Below are positions 11,216 to 21,024 of a DNA stretch of 64,000 nt, piece by piece. The stretch comes from an uncultured Desulfobacter sp. GTDB taxonomy: Bacteria; Desulfobacterota; Desulfobacteria; Desulfobacterales; Desulfobacteraceae. The position numbers were made by a program, and so were the translations under genes. Below the pieces are notes generated by a model that saw only the letters and a program-made list of their open reading frames with translations, did no database searches and was not told the DNA's origin. Position 1 is the stretch's first letter, and each line of letters begins with the position of its first letter. The DNA is taken from NCBI GenBank assembly GCA_963665095.1, contig OY762069.1, forward strand, positions 1,664,001-1,728,000, given 5' to 3'.

Positions 11216-11470
11216 CTTTCTTCTCCTCCAGCTTGTTAGTATCAGCGTCAGCGTCAAACCTATAATGAACGGCCGCCCGGGGTGTCTTTAGTCCAGCCAC
11301 TGCGCTGGATTAAAGCGATTATGCCAGGATGTGCGGTCATCAATTAATTTCAGTTCAATCGCCATTGCCATTTTAGTTTTCCATACAATTTGGAAAACAA
11401 ATCCTCCAGATTCGTATGCGTTAACATATGTAAAAAACACCAGGGGACGGTCACTGTACAAACTTTTGCA

Positions 11471-12883
11471 CTATTCTTTCACAAGAGCTTTCTGGGCTGC
11501 CGACAGAATCGCATCCAGCTCTTTTTCCTGGGCATCTTCCAGAGGCTGTACTTCATGGGTACTTAAAATCTTATCCGCTGTTTCCATGGCGTTTTCCGCC
11601 ATCCCCAGACGACCTGCCTTGTCCCACTGTTCAAAGGTCTGCCGTTTGGCCAGTTTATTGATCCGAAGTTCACCGCTGCGGATAAACTGAATTGTATGCA
11701 TCTGGTCAATAAAATTACGGCTGCCGCCCATGACGGTATCCACCACATCAACGGCCAATGAATGGTCATTGGCCCGATATCCCTTTCTGATATGGCTGAT
11801 ATTTGAAATAATTTCATCATCACACACCATCATGGCAAGGGAACCGTGAATACCGCCGCCCATATCTCCGATGCCGGAAAGTTCATCCGCACCGGCCAAG
11901 GCGGGAATCAGGGCATTAAAACTTCTTTCAAATCCGCTCTGAATATCCAGGGCATAGGAGTTGGAAGTAAGGCCATACACATTGACCGGCAAACCGTAAA
12001 AATGACCAATCTGGACAGTGCCGGCAGAGGCAAGGCCGGTCTCAATGCCGTTGAGCACATTACCTGTTTTGGGATCCATCATGGAAATCCGACCGCAGTA
12101 CTGTACTGGCACCCCTTCTTTGATCAACTGAATAAGCACGATGGTGGCAAGAATCTCTGCGTTCTGCTGGGTGATGGCGCCGGCAAGTGACAAGGGAGAG
12201 GTCATGCCGGCCGTGGGACAGGGCAGAGGTGCAACAGGAATATCATTTTTGGCCAGTTCAAAGGCGGCATCCACAATATCATTCGGGAAAATCAGCGGAC
12301 TGATGGGCGAGATGGCAGCGCCAAGCAGTTCACTGGGCTTGCCGATGACTTCGGCCATTTTCAGCATGAAATGCACCTCATCCAGTGTCTGAACCGCGGG
12401 TCCCGCATTGGGTTTCACCGTGTGAGGGATGGAATAACGGTACATGGCCAGGGCGCAGATTTCAGGGGGTACATCCCTGGGGGTGTAGTAGGGAGTGATT
12501 TCAGCCACATTTTCCAAGGCATCCAGAAGTCTTGTACTGTCAATCAGATCCTGAATGGTGGCGGCACGCTGTTCTCCTGTTTTGGCGTTATAGACCTCGC
12601 AGGCCCCGCCCACGTTGTGCCAGAGCTGTTTTTCCCCGCCCAGAATAATACTTTCCCCGTTGCGCCCTTTCCGAACGATCTGTTTGGGACACTTGGCCAC
12701 CTGTGCTTCCACCAGGGCAGGAGGCAGATACACTCTGTCCCCCTTGATGGTGGCACCTGCACCCGAAAGTATTTCCCGGCCTTTGGGGTGGGTTAAAACA
12801 ATTCCGGTTTCACTTAATATTTTCAAAGTTGACGCATGGATCAGTTCAACTTCCTGGTCTGTCAGAATAGATAAATTTCCCAT
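11471..12883 (-). CDS. MttB-superfamily (trimethylamine methyltransferase-like) corrinoid methyltransferase, non-pyrrolysine
   Basis: IHASTLKIL.ETG, SPL.F, AGMTSPLSLAGAITQQNAE, D.QSGFE...ALAGA; no in-frame TAG. Confidence 0.88.
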   Translation of the reverse strand: MGNLSILTDQEVELIHASTLKILSETGIVLTHPKGREILSGAGATIKGDRVYLPPALVEAQVAKCPKQIVRKGRNGESIILGGEKQLWHNVGGACEVYNAKTGEQRAATIQDLIDSTRLLDALENVAEITPYYTPRDVPPEICALAMYRYSIPHTVKPNAGPAVQTLDEVHFMLKMAEVIGKPSELLGAAISPISPLIFPNDIVDAAFELAKNDIPVAPLPCPTAGMTSPLSLAGAITQQNAEILATIVLIQLIKEGVPVQYCGRISMMDPKTGNVLNGIETGLASAGTVQIGHFYGLPVNVYGLTSNSYALDIQSGFERSFNALIPALAGADELSGIGDMGGGIHGSLAMMVCDDEIISNISHIRKGYRANDHSLAVDVVDTVMGGSRNFIDQMHTIQFIRSGELRINKLAKRQTFEQWDKAGRLGMAENAMETADKILSTHEVQPLEDAQEKELDAILSAAQKALVKE

Positions 12884-13095
12884 ATTAACTCGTTCCTCTT
12901 ATGTTGTATCGTTGACCCCGGAATGCCATGGGCAGCCAGGTAAAGGGGTTTACCGTTTAGTATAATGTCACATCTTTTTAATTCGTAACACCTGATATAG
13001 TTTGTACCAAGCAGGTAGTCCACATACCCATTCAGACTATTTGTCAGGAGACCGGAATGTGACATCTGATCTGTCGCATGTAAAATAATGGGGCG

Positions 13096-13176
13096 TGGGG
13101 TCACATCTTGATTAGTGATTAGTCGGGCTTGAGTATGAAACAGCATTATTAAATCACTGATCAAGATGTGACCCCA
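13096..13176. repeat. REP-like inverted repeat pair (25-bp arms)
   Basis: TGGGGTCACATCTTGATTAGTGATT (13096-13120) and AATCACTGATCAAGATGTGACCCCA (13152-13176), one mismatch. Confidence 0.8.
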
Positions 13177-13182
13177 ATCTGC

Positions 13183-13220
13183 ATGCTGAATACAACCAAG
13201 CCTTATGCTGAATACAACCA
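13183..13220. repeat. 16-bp direct repeat x2, 22-bp period
   Basis: ATGCTGAATACAACCA at 13183-13198 and 13205-13220. Confidence 0.85.
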
Positions 13221-13246
13221 GGATAGACTTCGCAGTGAAGATGGGA

Positions 13247-13288
13247 ATCGGTATCAAAACCGAGGCAATGCCTTGGCTTTAATACCGA
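13247..13288 (-). terminator. Long hairpin downstream of the ABC operon (terminator or RNA stabiliser)
   Basis: ATCGGTATCAAAACCGAGGCA-A-TGCCTTGGCTTTAATACCGAT. Confidence 0.55.
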
Positions 13289-13308
13289 TCTGGTGTGACG
13301 GGATCAAA

Positions 13309-14295
13309 CTATTGTAGAGGGAAATGGCAGGTATATTTACGCCCGCCTTCGCGCACATCCGGCGGGGCTTCATGACGACAGATCTTTTTGGCAAACGGGC
13401 ATCTGGGATGGAACTCACACCCTTTGGGCCGTTTTAGCAGACTGGGTATATCCCCTTTAAGTTCCACACGCGACCGGCCGTTTTCCGGATTTAAATGGGA
13501 ATGGGCCGAAAGCAGCGCCAGGGTGTAAGGATGCCGGGGAGAATTAAATATTTCATCAGTATCCCCCTTTTCGACAATTTTACCCAGATACATAACAGCC
13601 AGCTTTTCAGAAACATGCCGAACCACGGCCAGGTTATGGGTGATCAGCAGGAATCCGACGTTATTTTCTCTTTTAATCCGGGTGCACAGGTTTAAAATAT
13701 CCCCCTGCACGGATACATCCAGCCCTGCTGTGGGCTCATCTGCAATAATCATTTTGGGAGAAAGCGCTAAAGCCCGGGCCACCCCCACACGCCGGGCCTG
13801 CCCACCGCTGAGCTGGTGCGGGGCTCTTCCAAGAAACGAATCCGGCGGCAGGCCCACCATTTTCAGCAACCGTTGCGCCTCTTCAACAAGATTGACATCA
13901 TCACCGTTCTCCCCATGAATCTTAAAGGGTTCGGTGATAAGATCTTTTACGGAAAATCTGGGGCTCAAGCTGCCGTTAGGGTCCTGGAACATCATGGCAA
14001 TCTGGCGGCGTACCGGTTTAAATTCCGACTGGGACAACCCCACAAGCTCCTTTCCTGCAAACCGGATACTGCCTGCCTGGGGGGTGTTCAATCCAATGAC
14101 ACTTCTGGCCACGGTTGTCTTTCCACACCCGCTCTCTCCCACAAGCCCAAGGATTGTGCCCTGCTCTACCCGTAAAGAGACATCGCTGACCGCTTCAATG
14201 ATCTGATAGGGATCTTTTCCAGCGAGCAGCTTGAGCAGGTTGGTACTCCAAAATCTGACTTTCAGCTTTTCTATTTCCAGCACATGATGCGCCAT
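13309..14295 (-). CDS. Dpp/Opp ABC transporter ATP-binding subunit (DppF/OppF-like)
   Basis: GESGCGKT, LSGGQ, ADEPT, HPYT, GCEFHPRC. Confidence 0.92.
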   Translation of the reverse strand: MAHHVLEIEKLKVRFWSTNLLKLLAGKDPYQIIEAVSDVSLRVEQGTILGLVGESGCGKTTVARSVIGLNTPQAGSIRFAGKELVGLSQSEFKPVRRQIAMMFQDPNGSLSPRFSVKDLITEPFKIHGENGDDVNLVEEAQRLLKMVGLPPDSFLGRAPHQLSGGQARRVGVARALALSPKMIIADEPTAGLDVSVQGDILNLCTRIKRENNVGFLLITHNLAVVRHVSEKLAVMYLGKIVEKGDTDEIFNSPRHPYTLALLSAHSHLNPENGRSRVELKGDIPSLLKRPKGCEFHPRCPFAKKICRHEAPPDVREGGRKYTCHFPLQ

Positions 14296-15272
14296 CACAT
14301 GGCCCCTTTTCTGCAATGGCACCGGACATAATGCCCCGGGGCAGCTTCGGTAAACTCCGGAGGATCTCCCTTGCATTCAGCCGCCTTTTCAAGACACCGG
14401 GCTGAAAAAATACAAGTTTCCGGTAAGTTGATCAGATTGGGAATTTCCCCTGCAATGGTGGGCATTAATTCAGCTTTTTCCTTTAACCCGGCCGGATCAC
14501 AGCTTAAAAGAGCCCTGGTATAGGGATGTCCCGGATGTTGAAACACATCTTTGACCGTGCCGTACTCCACCATCTCTCCGGCATACATCACGCCCACATA
14601 ATCACTGTACTGAGATACCAGGCACAGGTTATGGGAGATGAACAAAACCGCGCAGTCAAGCTCCTGCTGAAGCTTTCGCAACCGATTTAAAATCTGAATC
14701 TGCATGGTTTCGTCAAGGGCTGTGGTGGGCTCGTCAGCGATGAGCAGGGCAGGTTTGGACAACAGGGCCATGGCAATGGCAATTCGTTGCCGCATCCCGC
14801 CGGAAAAATGATGGGGATACTGTTTCAAACGGCTTTCGGCATCTGGGATACCCAGCTTTTCAAGCATCCGGGCGGCGCGTTTTTTCTTTCCGGATTTACG
14901 AATTTTTTCCCTGTACTGGATATCGGTCATCTGGGTGCCGATGGAAACCACCGGATTCAAAGAGGTCATGGGATCCTGAAATACCACAGAGATCCGCCGT
15001 CCAAGGATATCGCGCATCTCTTTCTGGCTCATTTTCAAAATATCCTTACCCTCAAACAGCACCTTTCCACCCCGGATCTCGGCATTTTCCGACAGCAGCC
15101 TTAAAATGGCCATGATCAGGGTGGATTTTCCGCAGCCGCTTTCTCCCACAATACCCACAAAACTGCCCTGGGGCACCTTGAGATTCACATCCCGCAAAGC
15201 ATTCACCCGGCCTCGGAAGGTGCGGTATTCAATGGTTAAATGCCGGATATCAAGAATGGATGTCGGGTTCAT
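14295..15272 (-). CDS. Dpp/Opp ABC transporter ATP-binding subunit (DppD/OppD-like)
   Basis: GESGCGKS, FQDPMTSLNP, FSGGMRQR, ADEPTTALD. Confidence 0.92.
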   Translation of the reverse strand: MNPTSILDIRHLTIEYRTFRGRVNALRDVNLKVPQGSFVGIVGESGCGKSTLIMAILRLLSENAEIRGGKVLFEGKDILKMSQKEMRDILGRRISVVFQDPMTSLNPVVSIGTQMTDIQYREKIRKSGKKKRAARMLEKLGIPDAESRLKQYPHHFSGGMRQRIAIAMALLSKPALLIADEPTTALDETMQIQILNRLRKLQQELDCAVLFISHNLCLVSQYSDYVGVMYAGEMVEYGTVKDVFQHPGHPYTRALLSCDPAGLKEKAELMPTIAGEIPNLINLPETCIFSARCLEKAAECKGDPPEFTEAAPGHYVRCHCRKGAM

Positions 15273-15276
15273 GGCT

Positions 15277-16158
15277 TTAGTAATCCTTTCTGAGCTTGGG
15301 ATCAAAAATATCCCGTAAAGACTCACTTAAGAAAGTAAAGCCAAGGGTGGTCAGAACCAGGGGGACACCAGCGGCAATCACCAGCCAGGGAGACTGCCGC
15401 AGCACCGTGTAACCGTCATTGAGAATCGCCCCCCAGCTTGGTGTGGGCGGACGAACGCCAAGCCCTAAGAAACTTAAGCCGGCTTCCAGGGTAATGACCG
15501 TGGGAATATCCATACTGGCAAGAATGAGCAAAGGCCCCACCACATTGGGCAGGATATGAAACATCAGCACCCGGAAGGTACTTGCGCCCATGGCCCTTTC
15601 CGCCAGGATAAATTCATTGTTTTTCAGCGACTGAGTCTGGGCCCTGACAATCCGGCCGTACACAGGGTTGCAGGTCACCACGATAATCATGATCACGGTG
15701 TAAAGGCCCGGGCCCGTAAGCGTCACAACGGCCAGGGCAAACACCACCGTGGGAAATGAATACATGGTGTCAAAATAGATAATGATGATCTTGTCCAGCC
15801 ACACCGGCCCGTAGCCTGCTATCAGCCCCAGTATCAGGCCGATGAAACCGGCCCCGAAAATGGAAATGAATGCCACGGTAAGTGCGATCTGACCGCCGGC
15901 CAGTACCCGGGAAAGCACATCACGCCCGAGCTGGTCCGTGCCCAGCCAGTGGGTGGTCGTGGGCATCTGCAGCATGTTTGATATGTCAATCTGGTTGGGA
16001 TCAAAGGGCATCAGGATGTTTGCCAGCAAACCGCAGCCCACAATCAGGACCACCAGAACCAGGCCAAGCATCCCCAAAGGATCGCTGGTGATCCCGCGAA
16101 GGGGGCCCAAAAAAGTGACAAATTCAGAAATTCTGTTTTTCAGATACTTGAACAACAT
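15277..16158 (-). CDS. Dpp/Opp ABC permease (DppC-like)
   Basis: HWLGTDQLGRD, EAA-like loop, LSFLGLG..PP.PSWG. Confidence 0.92.
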   Translation of the reverse strand: MLFKYLKNRISEFVTFLGPLRGITSDPLGMLGLVLVVLIVGCGLLANILMPFDPNQIDISNMLQMPTTTHWLGTDQLGRDVLSRVLAGGQIALTVAFISIFGAGFIGLILGLIAGYGPVWLDKIIIIYFDTMYSFPTVVFALAVVTLTGPGLYTVIMIIVVTCNPVYGRIVRAQTQSLKNNEFILAERAMGASTFRVLMFHILPNVVGPLLILASMDIPTVITLEAGLSFLGLGVRPPTPSWGAILNDGYTVLRQSPWLVIAAGVPLVLTTLGFTFLSESLRDIFDPKLRKDY

Positions 16159-16159
16159 T

Positions 16160-17104
16160 TTACAGGTTCTCCCTCACTCGGGGATCCAGAATCGCCGTCA
16201 CAATATCCGCACACATGGTGGAGAGGACGAATAAAAAGGTGGTCACCAGCACCCCTCCCATGACCAGGGGATAGTTTCTTGTTATAACAGCATCATAAAT
16301 CAGCTTTCCGATGCCCGGACGGGAAAAAACAATCTCCGCAAACACCGCACTGGACATCATGCTGCCGATACTGACACCAAGAAGCGCTACCGTGGGCAGA
16401 ACCGACAGCTTCAGTGTATAACGGAAGGTGATTTTATATTCAGGCAGCCCAAAGGCACGTGCGGTCCGCAGATGATTTTCATTGAGTACTTCAAGCATAG
16501 ATGCCCTTAAAAGGCGTGCAATGTAACCCACCCATCCCAGCCCCAGGGCAATGCCGGGAAGGATCAGATGCCGTAAAATATCCCAAGGGTTCCCCGAATC
16601 TCCGGCCCCGATGGCCGGCAGCCACTTCAGGGTCACAGCAAAGAGCAGCAAAGAGTAAATGGCAACCACAAAAGGCGGAATGGCGATGGTTCCCACAGAT
16701 AAGATCCCAATGAACTTATCTAAAAAACTGTTTCTGTGCATGGAGGAAAAGCAGCCCAAGGGAATGCCCAGCAAAATGGCCCCTCCCATGCCGAAAAGCA
16801 CCAGGTGAATGGTATATGGAAGCTGCTCCAGAATCACATTGAGCACCGGCCTTTTGGAAAAAAGATCGGTTCCCAGATTCCCCTGGAACACATTTGTCAG
16901 AAACCGTCCGATCTGGATCACCAAAGGCCTGTCCAATCCCAGCTCGGTTCGAAGCGCCGCCTTCATTTCCGGTGTGGCCCTGGGCCCGAGGATCACGTTC
17001 AAGGGGTCCCCGGGCACCATATGGATCATACCGTAAAGAAGCACAACAGCAATAATCGTGATGATGATTCCAACGCCTACTCTTTTTATCAGATAGCTTG
17101 CCAT
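16160..17104 (-). CDS. Dpp/Opp ABC permease (DppB-like)
   Basis: PGDP, GLDRP, TARAFGL, E.VFS.PGIG, RNYP. Confidence 0.92.
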   Translation of the reverse strand: MASYLIKRVGVGIIITIIAVVLLYGMIHMVPGDPLNVILGPRATPEMKAALRTELGLDRPLVIQIGRFLTNVFQGNLGTDLFSKRPVLNVILEQLPYTIHLVLFGMGGAILLGIPLGCFSSMHRNSFLDKFIGILSVGTIAIPPFVVAIYSLLLFAVTLKWLPAIGAGDSGNPWDILRHLILPGIALGLGWVGYIARLLRASMLEVLNENHLRTARAFGLPEYKITFRYTLKLSVLPTVALLGVSIGSMMSSAVFAEIVFSRPGIGKLIYDAVITRNYPLVMGGVLVTTFLFVLSTMCADIVTAILDPRVRENL

Positions 17105-17124
17105 TGTTTTTCTTTATATCAATC

Positions 17125-18735
17125 TTAGTTCTTTTGAAAGAAGTGAAGCAGCGGAATTCCGTCAGGGCGCAATCCCGGAACAATGGTATTGCGATACATC
17201 GCAGGTGTGGTTTCGTTGGTCAGGAACAGGTAGCACCCGGATTCCTCCATCAGTTCCTGCATGCGCTGGTAGATGGGTGCCCGTTTTTTGAGATCCAGCT
17301 CCTTGTAGCCTTCAACGAGCAGCTTGTCATACTCTTCGTTGCTGAAGCGTTCCCAGTTCCAGAAACCCACGCCTTTTGTATTGAAATACTGCAGCATGTA
17401 GTTTGGATCCGGGTCACTGGACCATCTTTGAAGTACCAGCTGCAGGTCTTTCCAGGTATCTCCGGAAGCCTCTTCGCCCAGAGTCCAGAATGTACCTTCA
17501 TCATACTGGTTGATCTGCAGGGTGATGCCGACCTGGGCCAGATTTGCCTGGATAATCTGGGCCGTGGTCAAGTCGTTGCTGATGTTCTGGCAGGAAACGG
17601 TCAAAGAAAGATTTTTAACCCCGGCCTCTTTCAGCAATTCCTTGGCTTTTTGCACATTCGCTTCAGGTGGAATCAAAGTTTTTTCCCTGTAGCCTGTAAT
17701 CCCCTTTGCAACCATACCAGTGGCAGGTGCGCCAAGCCCCGCATAGGTCGCCTTAATAATAGAAGGGACATCCACAGCATACTGGATCGCTTTCCTGACC
17801 CGGATGTCCTTAAGTGCCGCATTATCCTTGTTCATACCCAGCCAGACGGCAAAAATACTGGGACGGTTTTCAACGGTGGTGTTTTTCGGAGGTTTGGCTT
17901 TGTAGCTGGCATAGGAGGATGCGCTGATCCAGGTATAATCTATGTCGCCGGCCTCATAGACCATTTCAGCCGTCTTGGCATCATCAATGGGGAACAGCCA
18001 GATTTCATCAAATTCGGGCTTATGAGCACCGTTGTACACTTCATTTTTGACCAGAATGGTTTTATCCCCGGCCACCCATTTACCAAATTTATAGGGTCCG
18101 GAGCAACCCTTGGGATAATCCTTTTCTCCGCCGATCTCAAAGTACTTGTTTGTGGTCTTTTCAATGGCTTTTTTTGAGACAATATGACCGGCCACGCTGG
18201 GCATGGCTGTGGTCCAGAGTGTGGCGGCAGGTGCTTTCAGAATAATTGTACCAGAATACTTGCCTGTTACCTCCACATGGTCAAGGTTCTCCCACTCACC
18301 TTTGTAGTAGGAGCCAAGATCCGGATCCAGATGTCTCTCAAATGAAAACTTGACATCCTCAGCCGTCATCTCGCCAAAGCCGTCGGCAAACATAATCCCT
18401 TTTTTAAGGGTAAACTCAACATGGGTGGGATCCACCTGTTTAAGGCTTTCAGCCGCGTCCAGCTCCCATTCCCAGGTGTGCCCCGGTTTGTAGGTGATCA
18501 GTTTGCGGTAAAGGGCTTCGATGGTAATACTTTCGGGTGTGGCATAGATGTAAATGGGATCCAGATAGGCAATGTCTGCATAGTTTCGAATTTTAAGAAT
18601 GCTCTTCTCAGCCTGTGCAGTGGAAAAAGGATGGATTGTCAGCATCATGGCAAGTAACACCATAAAAACCGTCGCTCTCTTCATTAACAGTGTAATACAT
18701 TTTACCCTTGTACAGTGCGATTCAGCGTTTTCCAT
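17125..18735 (-). CDS. ABC substrate-binding protein, family 5 (DppA/OppA-like); start uncertain
   Basis: LDP, LAES, F.DG..MTAEDVKFS, GPYK, VRKAIQYAVD; signal peptide; GGAGG-like RBS before 18735. Confidence 0.9.
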   Translation of the reverse strand: MENAESHCTRVKCITLLMKRATVFMVLLAMMLTIHPFSTAQAEKSILKIRNYADIAYLDPIYIYATPESITIEALYRKLITYKPGHTWEWELDAAESLKQVDPTHVEFTLKKGIMFADGFGEMTAEDVKFSFERHLDPDLGSYYKGEWENLDHVEVTGKYSGTIILKAPAATLWTTAMPSVAGHIVSKKAIEKTTNKYFEIGGEKDYPKGCSGPYKFGKWVAGDKTILVKNEVYNGAHKPEFDEIWLFPIDDAKTAEMVYEAGDIDYTWISASSYASYKAKPPKNTTVENRPSIFAVWLGMNKDNAALKDIRVRKAIQYAVDVPSIIKATYAGLGAPATGMVAKGITGYREKTLIPPEANVQKAKELLKEAGVKNLSLTVSCQNISNDLTTAQIIQANLAQVGITLQINQYDEGTFWTLGEEASGDTWKDLQLVLQRWSSDPDPNYMLQYFNTKGVGFWNWERFSNEEYDKLLVEGYKELDLKKRAPIYQRMQELMEESGCYLFLTNETTPAMYRNTIVPGLRPDGIPLLHFFQKN

Positions 18736-18972
18736 TGGTTCCTCCTTAAAGCGTATGTTTATTATGCGTGTACTTCCGCTGCCTGGCATTCTCATCAAAA
18801 TCACGAAAGCCTGCGGATGCGCTTATAGCCTTTGGGTACCTATCTTTCCACTGATGATCAACTTACTGCATTGCCGGCAATACTCAAACCTCAATATTCG
18901 GGTATGGATCAGGTAGATGCCCTACCCGTTTATTTCAAAGGCTGTCTCCCTGAAGGGTATAATTCAAATCCA

Positions 18973-19155
18973 CTATGGATTTTGCTTGAAAATACAGCTT
19001 TTCCCGCATTTACACATTTCGTGGAAACGGCCGCCCCTATTATTAAAGGTTCTCGGGTACTTTCGTCCCAGCCTTACCGGTTCAATAGTTTTTACCACGA
19101 CCTCTTGGATATCGGGTATCAATCTGGTCACGGCCTCTAAAGGCCAGAGGAACAA
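18973..19155 (-). pseudogene. Possible C-terminal scrap of an IS4-family transposase
   Basis: KTIEPVRLGRKYPR resembles the PVRPGRxxPR tail of IS4-type transposases. Confidence 0.35.
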
Positions 19156-19313
19156 AAATTAGAATAAGTTCTATATATGAAAAAAAACGTGTATTTTATA
19201 TGGCTTCGAAAAAAGACAAGATAGGTTTTTTGATAAAACATACAGATTTTTTGTATAAACTAAGAAAAATTTATGTAAACAAGCCTTTTCATCTTAAATT
19301 AAATAAATTTAAT

Positions 19314-20629
19314 CAGTAGTGTCCGGTTAGGTTGTTGCATATAAAAAACATCTAAAATTATTCAAAAAAACGTCATTTTATGTTGACAAATGTGCGTAAA
19401 AATTTTTGCGCGCCTTGAAAAATTTTATCAAGGAGCCCAAATGACGCGCATTTCAATTACCAAAGCCACAATACAGTCCCTGAATTTTGACAAGTTTCGT
19501 GACCCTCTGATAAGGTCGTTTCCACAAGCACCAGAATTGAAATCTCGAGGAGACCGACCGTTAAAAATGACATTCGAAGACCAGATAAATGCCCTGATTT
19601 ATTTCCATCTGCAGGAACACAAATCAGCCCGGCATTTAGTCCAAGATCTCAAGGAAAATATTTTTGCCAAAGAACATATTGCTCCGGAAGGCGGTATCAG
19701 CCGCAGTAGCTTTTGCGAAGCAGTCAACCACCGAGGGCTTGAACAACTGCAATTTTTGTTCGAAGACCTTTATAAACAGGCTGTTGGGTGTCTACCAAAG
19801 GAGCATGCTGAGTTGGGCGATCTGGTATCCATTGACGGCAGTCTTATAAATGCTGTTCTTTCAATGCATTGGGCCAACTACAGGAAAGGAAGCAAGAAAG
19901 CCAAAGCACATTGCGGATTTGATATTAATCACGGCATTCCAAACAAAATATTTCTGACAGAGGGCAATGGAGCTGAGCGTCCTTTTGTTCCAAAGATACT
20001 TTCCAAAGGGCAAACTGGTGTCATGGATCGTGGTTATCAATCACATCACGATTTTGATCTGCTTCAGGCGCAGGGCAAGCATTTTGTTTGCCGTATAAAA
20101 GCCAAAACAACCAGAACGGTAATTGATACTCACGAAGTCAACGCTGACAGTTACATCTTTTATGACGCTCTGGTTCTTCTTGGCACTCCGAATCAAAACC
20201 AGACGAAAATGCCGGTTCGGGTTGTTGGCTATAAAATTGCCGGTGTGAAATACTATGTGGCAACGGACAGGCATGATTTAACAGCAGAACAAATAGCGAC
20301 CGTTTATAAACTCCGGTGGACCATTGAAGATTTTTTCAAATGGTGGAAAGAGCACCTGAAAGTTTACCACCTCATTGCCCGTAGTGAATATGGCCTCATG
20401 GTGCAAATCCTTAGTGGCCTCATCACGTACCTGTTGCTGGCAATCTATTGCCGAGACGAATTTAACGAGAAGGTTTCTGTTAAAAGGGTTCGACAGCTAA
20501 GAACAGCCATCTTGAATGATCTGATCGAGCAGAACCAGGGTGCGACTGAGGGTTTAAACAGAGACAATATTGTCAAAGATCAAAAAATCACAAGTACAGC
20601 GCAAGCAAAAACCTAACCGGACACTACTG
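19314..20629 (+). mobile_element. IS4-family insertion sequence
   Basis: Perfect 20-bp terminal inverted repeats CAGTAGTGTCCGGTTAGGTT flanking a DDE transposase; no target duplication. Confidence 0.92.
19441..20616 (+). CDS. IS4-family transposase
   Basis: IDGS, MDRGY, Y.LRW.IE.FFK (YREK) motifs. Confidence 0.93.
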   Translation: MTRISITKATIQSLNFDKFRDPLIRSFPQAPELKSRGDRPLKMTFEDQINALIYFHLQEHKSARHLVQDLKENIFAKEHIAPEGGISRSSFCEAVNHRGLEQLQFLFEDLYKQAVGCLPKEHAELGDLVSIDGSLINAVLSMHWANYRKGSKKAKAHCGFDINHGIPNKIFLTEGNGAERPFVPKILSKGQTGVMDRGYQSHHDFDLLQAQGKHFVCRIKAKTTRTVIDTHEVNADSYIFYDALVLLGTPNQNQTKMPVRVVGYKIAGVKYYVATDRHDLTAEQIATVYKLRWTIEDFFKWWKEHLKVYHLIARSEYGLMVQILSGLITYLLLAIYCRDEFNEKVSVKRVRQLRTAILNDLIEQNQGATEGLNRDNIVKDQKITSTAQAKT

Positions 20630-20674
20630 ACATTATATAATTTTCTTTCACCAGATTTTCGCCAGAGCGCAGAC

Positions 20675-20716
20675 AAAAAAATAGGGAGTCGATCAATATT
20701 GATCTAACTCCCTGAT
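20675..20716 (-). terminator. Terminator downstream of tRNA-Leu(TAG)
   Basis: Minus strand AGGGAGTTAGATC...GATCGACTCCCT followed by a T-run. Confidence 0.7.
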
Positions 20717-20724
20717 TTTATTAT

Positions 20725-20809
20725 TGGTACCGAAGAGAGGACTTGAACCTCCACGCCTCGCGGCACTAGATCCTAAGTCTAGCGTGTCTACCAGTTCCAC
20801 CACTTCGGC
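20725..20809 (-). tRNA. tRNA-Leu (anticodon TAG)
   Basis: Reverse complement GCCGAAGTGGTGGAACTGGTAGACACG-CTAGA-CTTAGGA-TCTAG...GGTTCAAGTCC...TTCGGTACCA. Confidence 0.95.
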
Positions 20810-21024
20810 AAAATCAAACTGTTTTGTTGGAATCTTATAGAGAAATAACCCCTTAATTGTCAAGATCTATTTAATTATGGTTTATATGCAAAGACCCAAA
20901 TGGACAGAGACCCACCCGATGGTTCAAAAAAATTGATTTAAAATACAGCATTGATATAATACCTGATAAGAAAACTGAGATAAGAGCCCCTGATGAAAAT
21001 GAGACCTGCCGGGAAAGAGGCCCT

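Noticed and set aside
11471..12883. Pyrrolysine-containing MttB
   Set aside because: No in-frame TAG; Leu is at the equivalent position.
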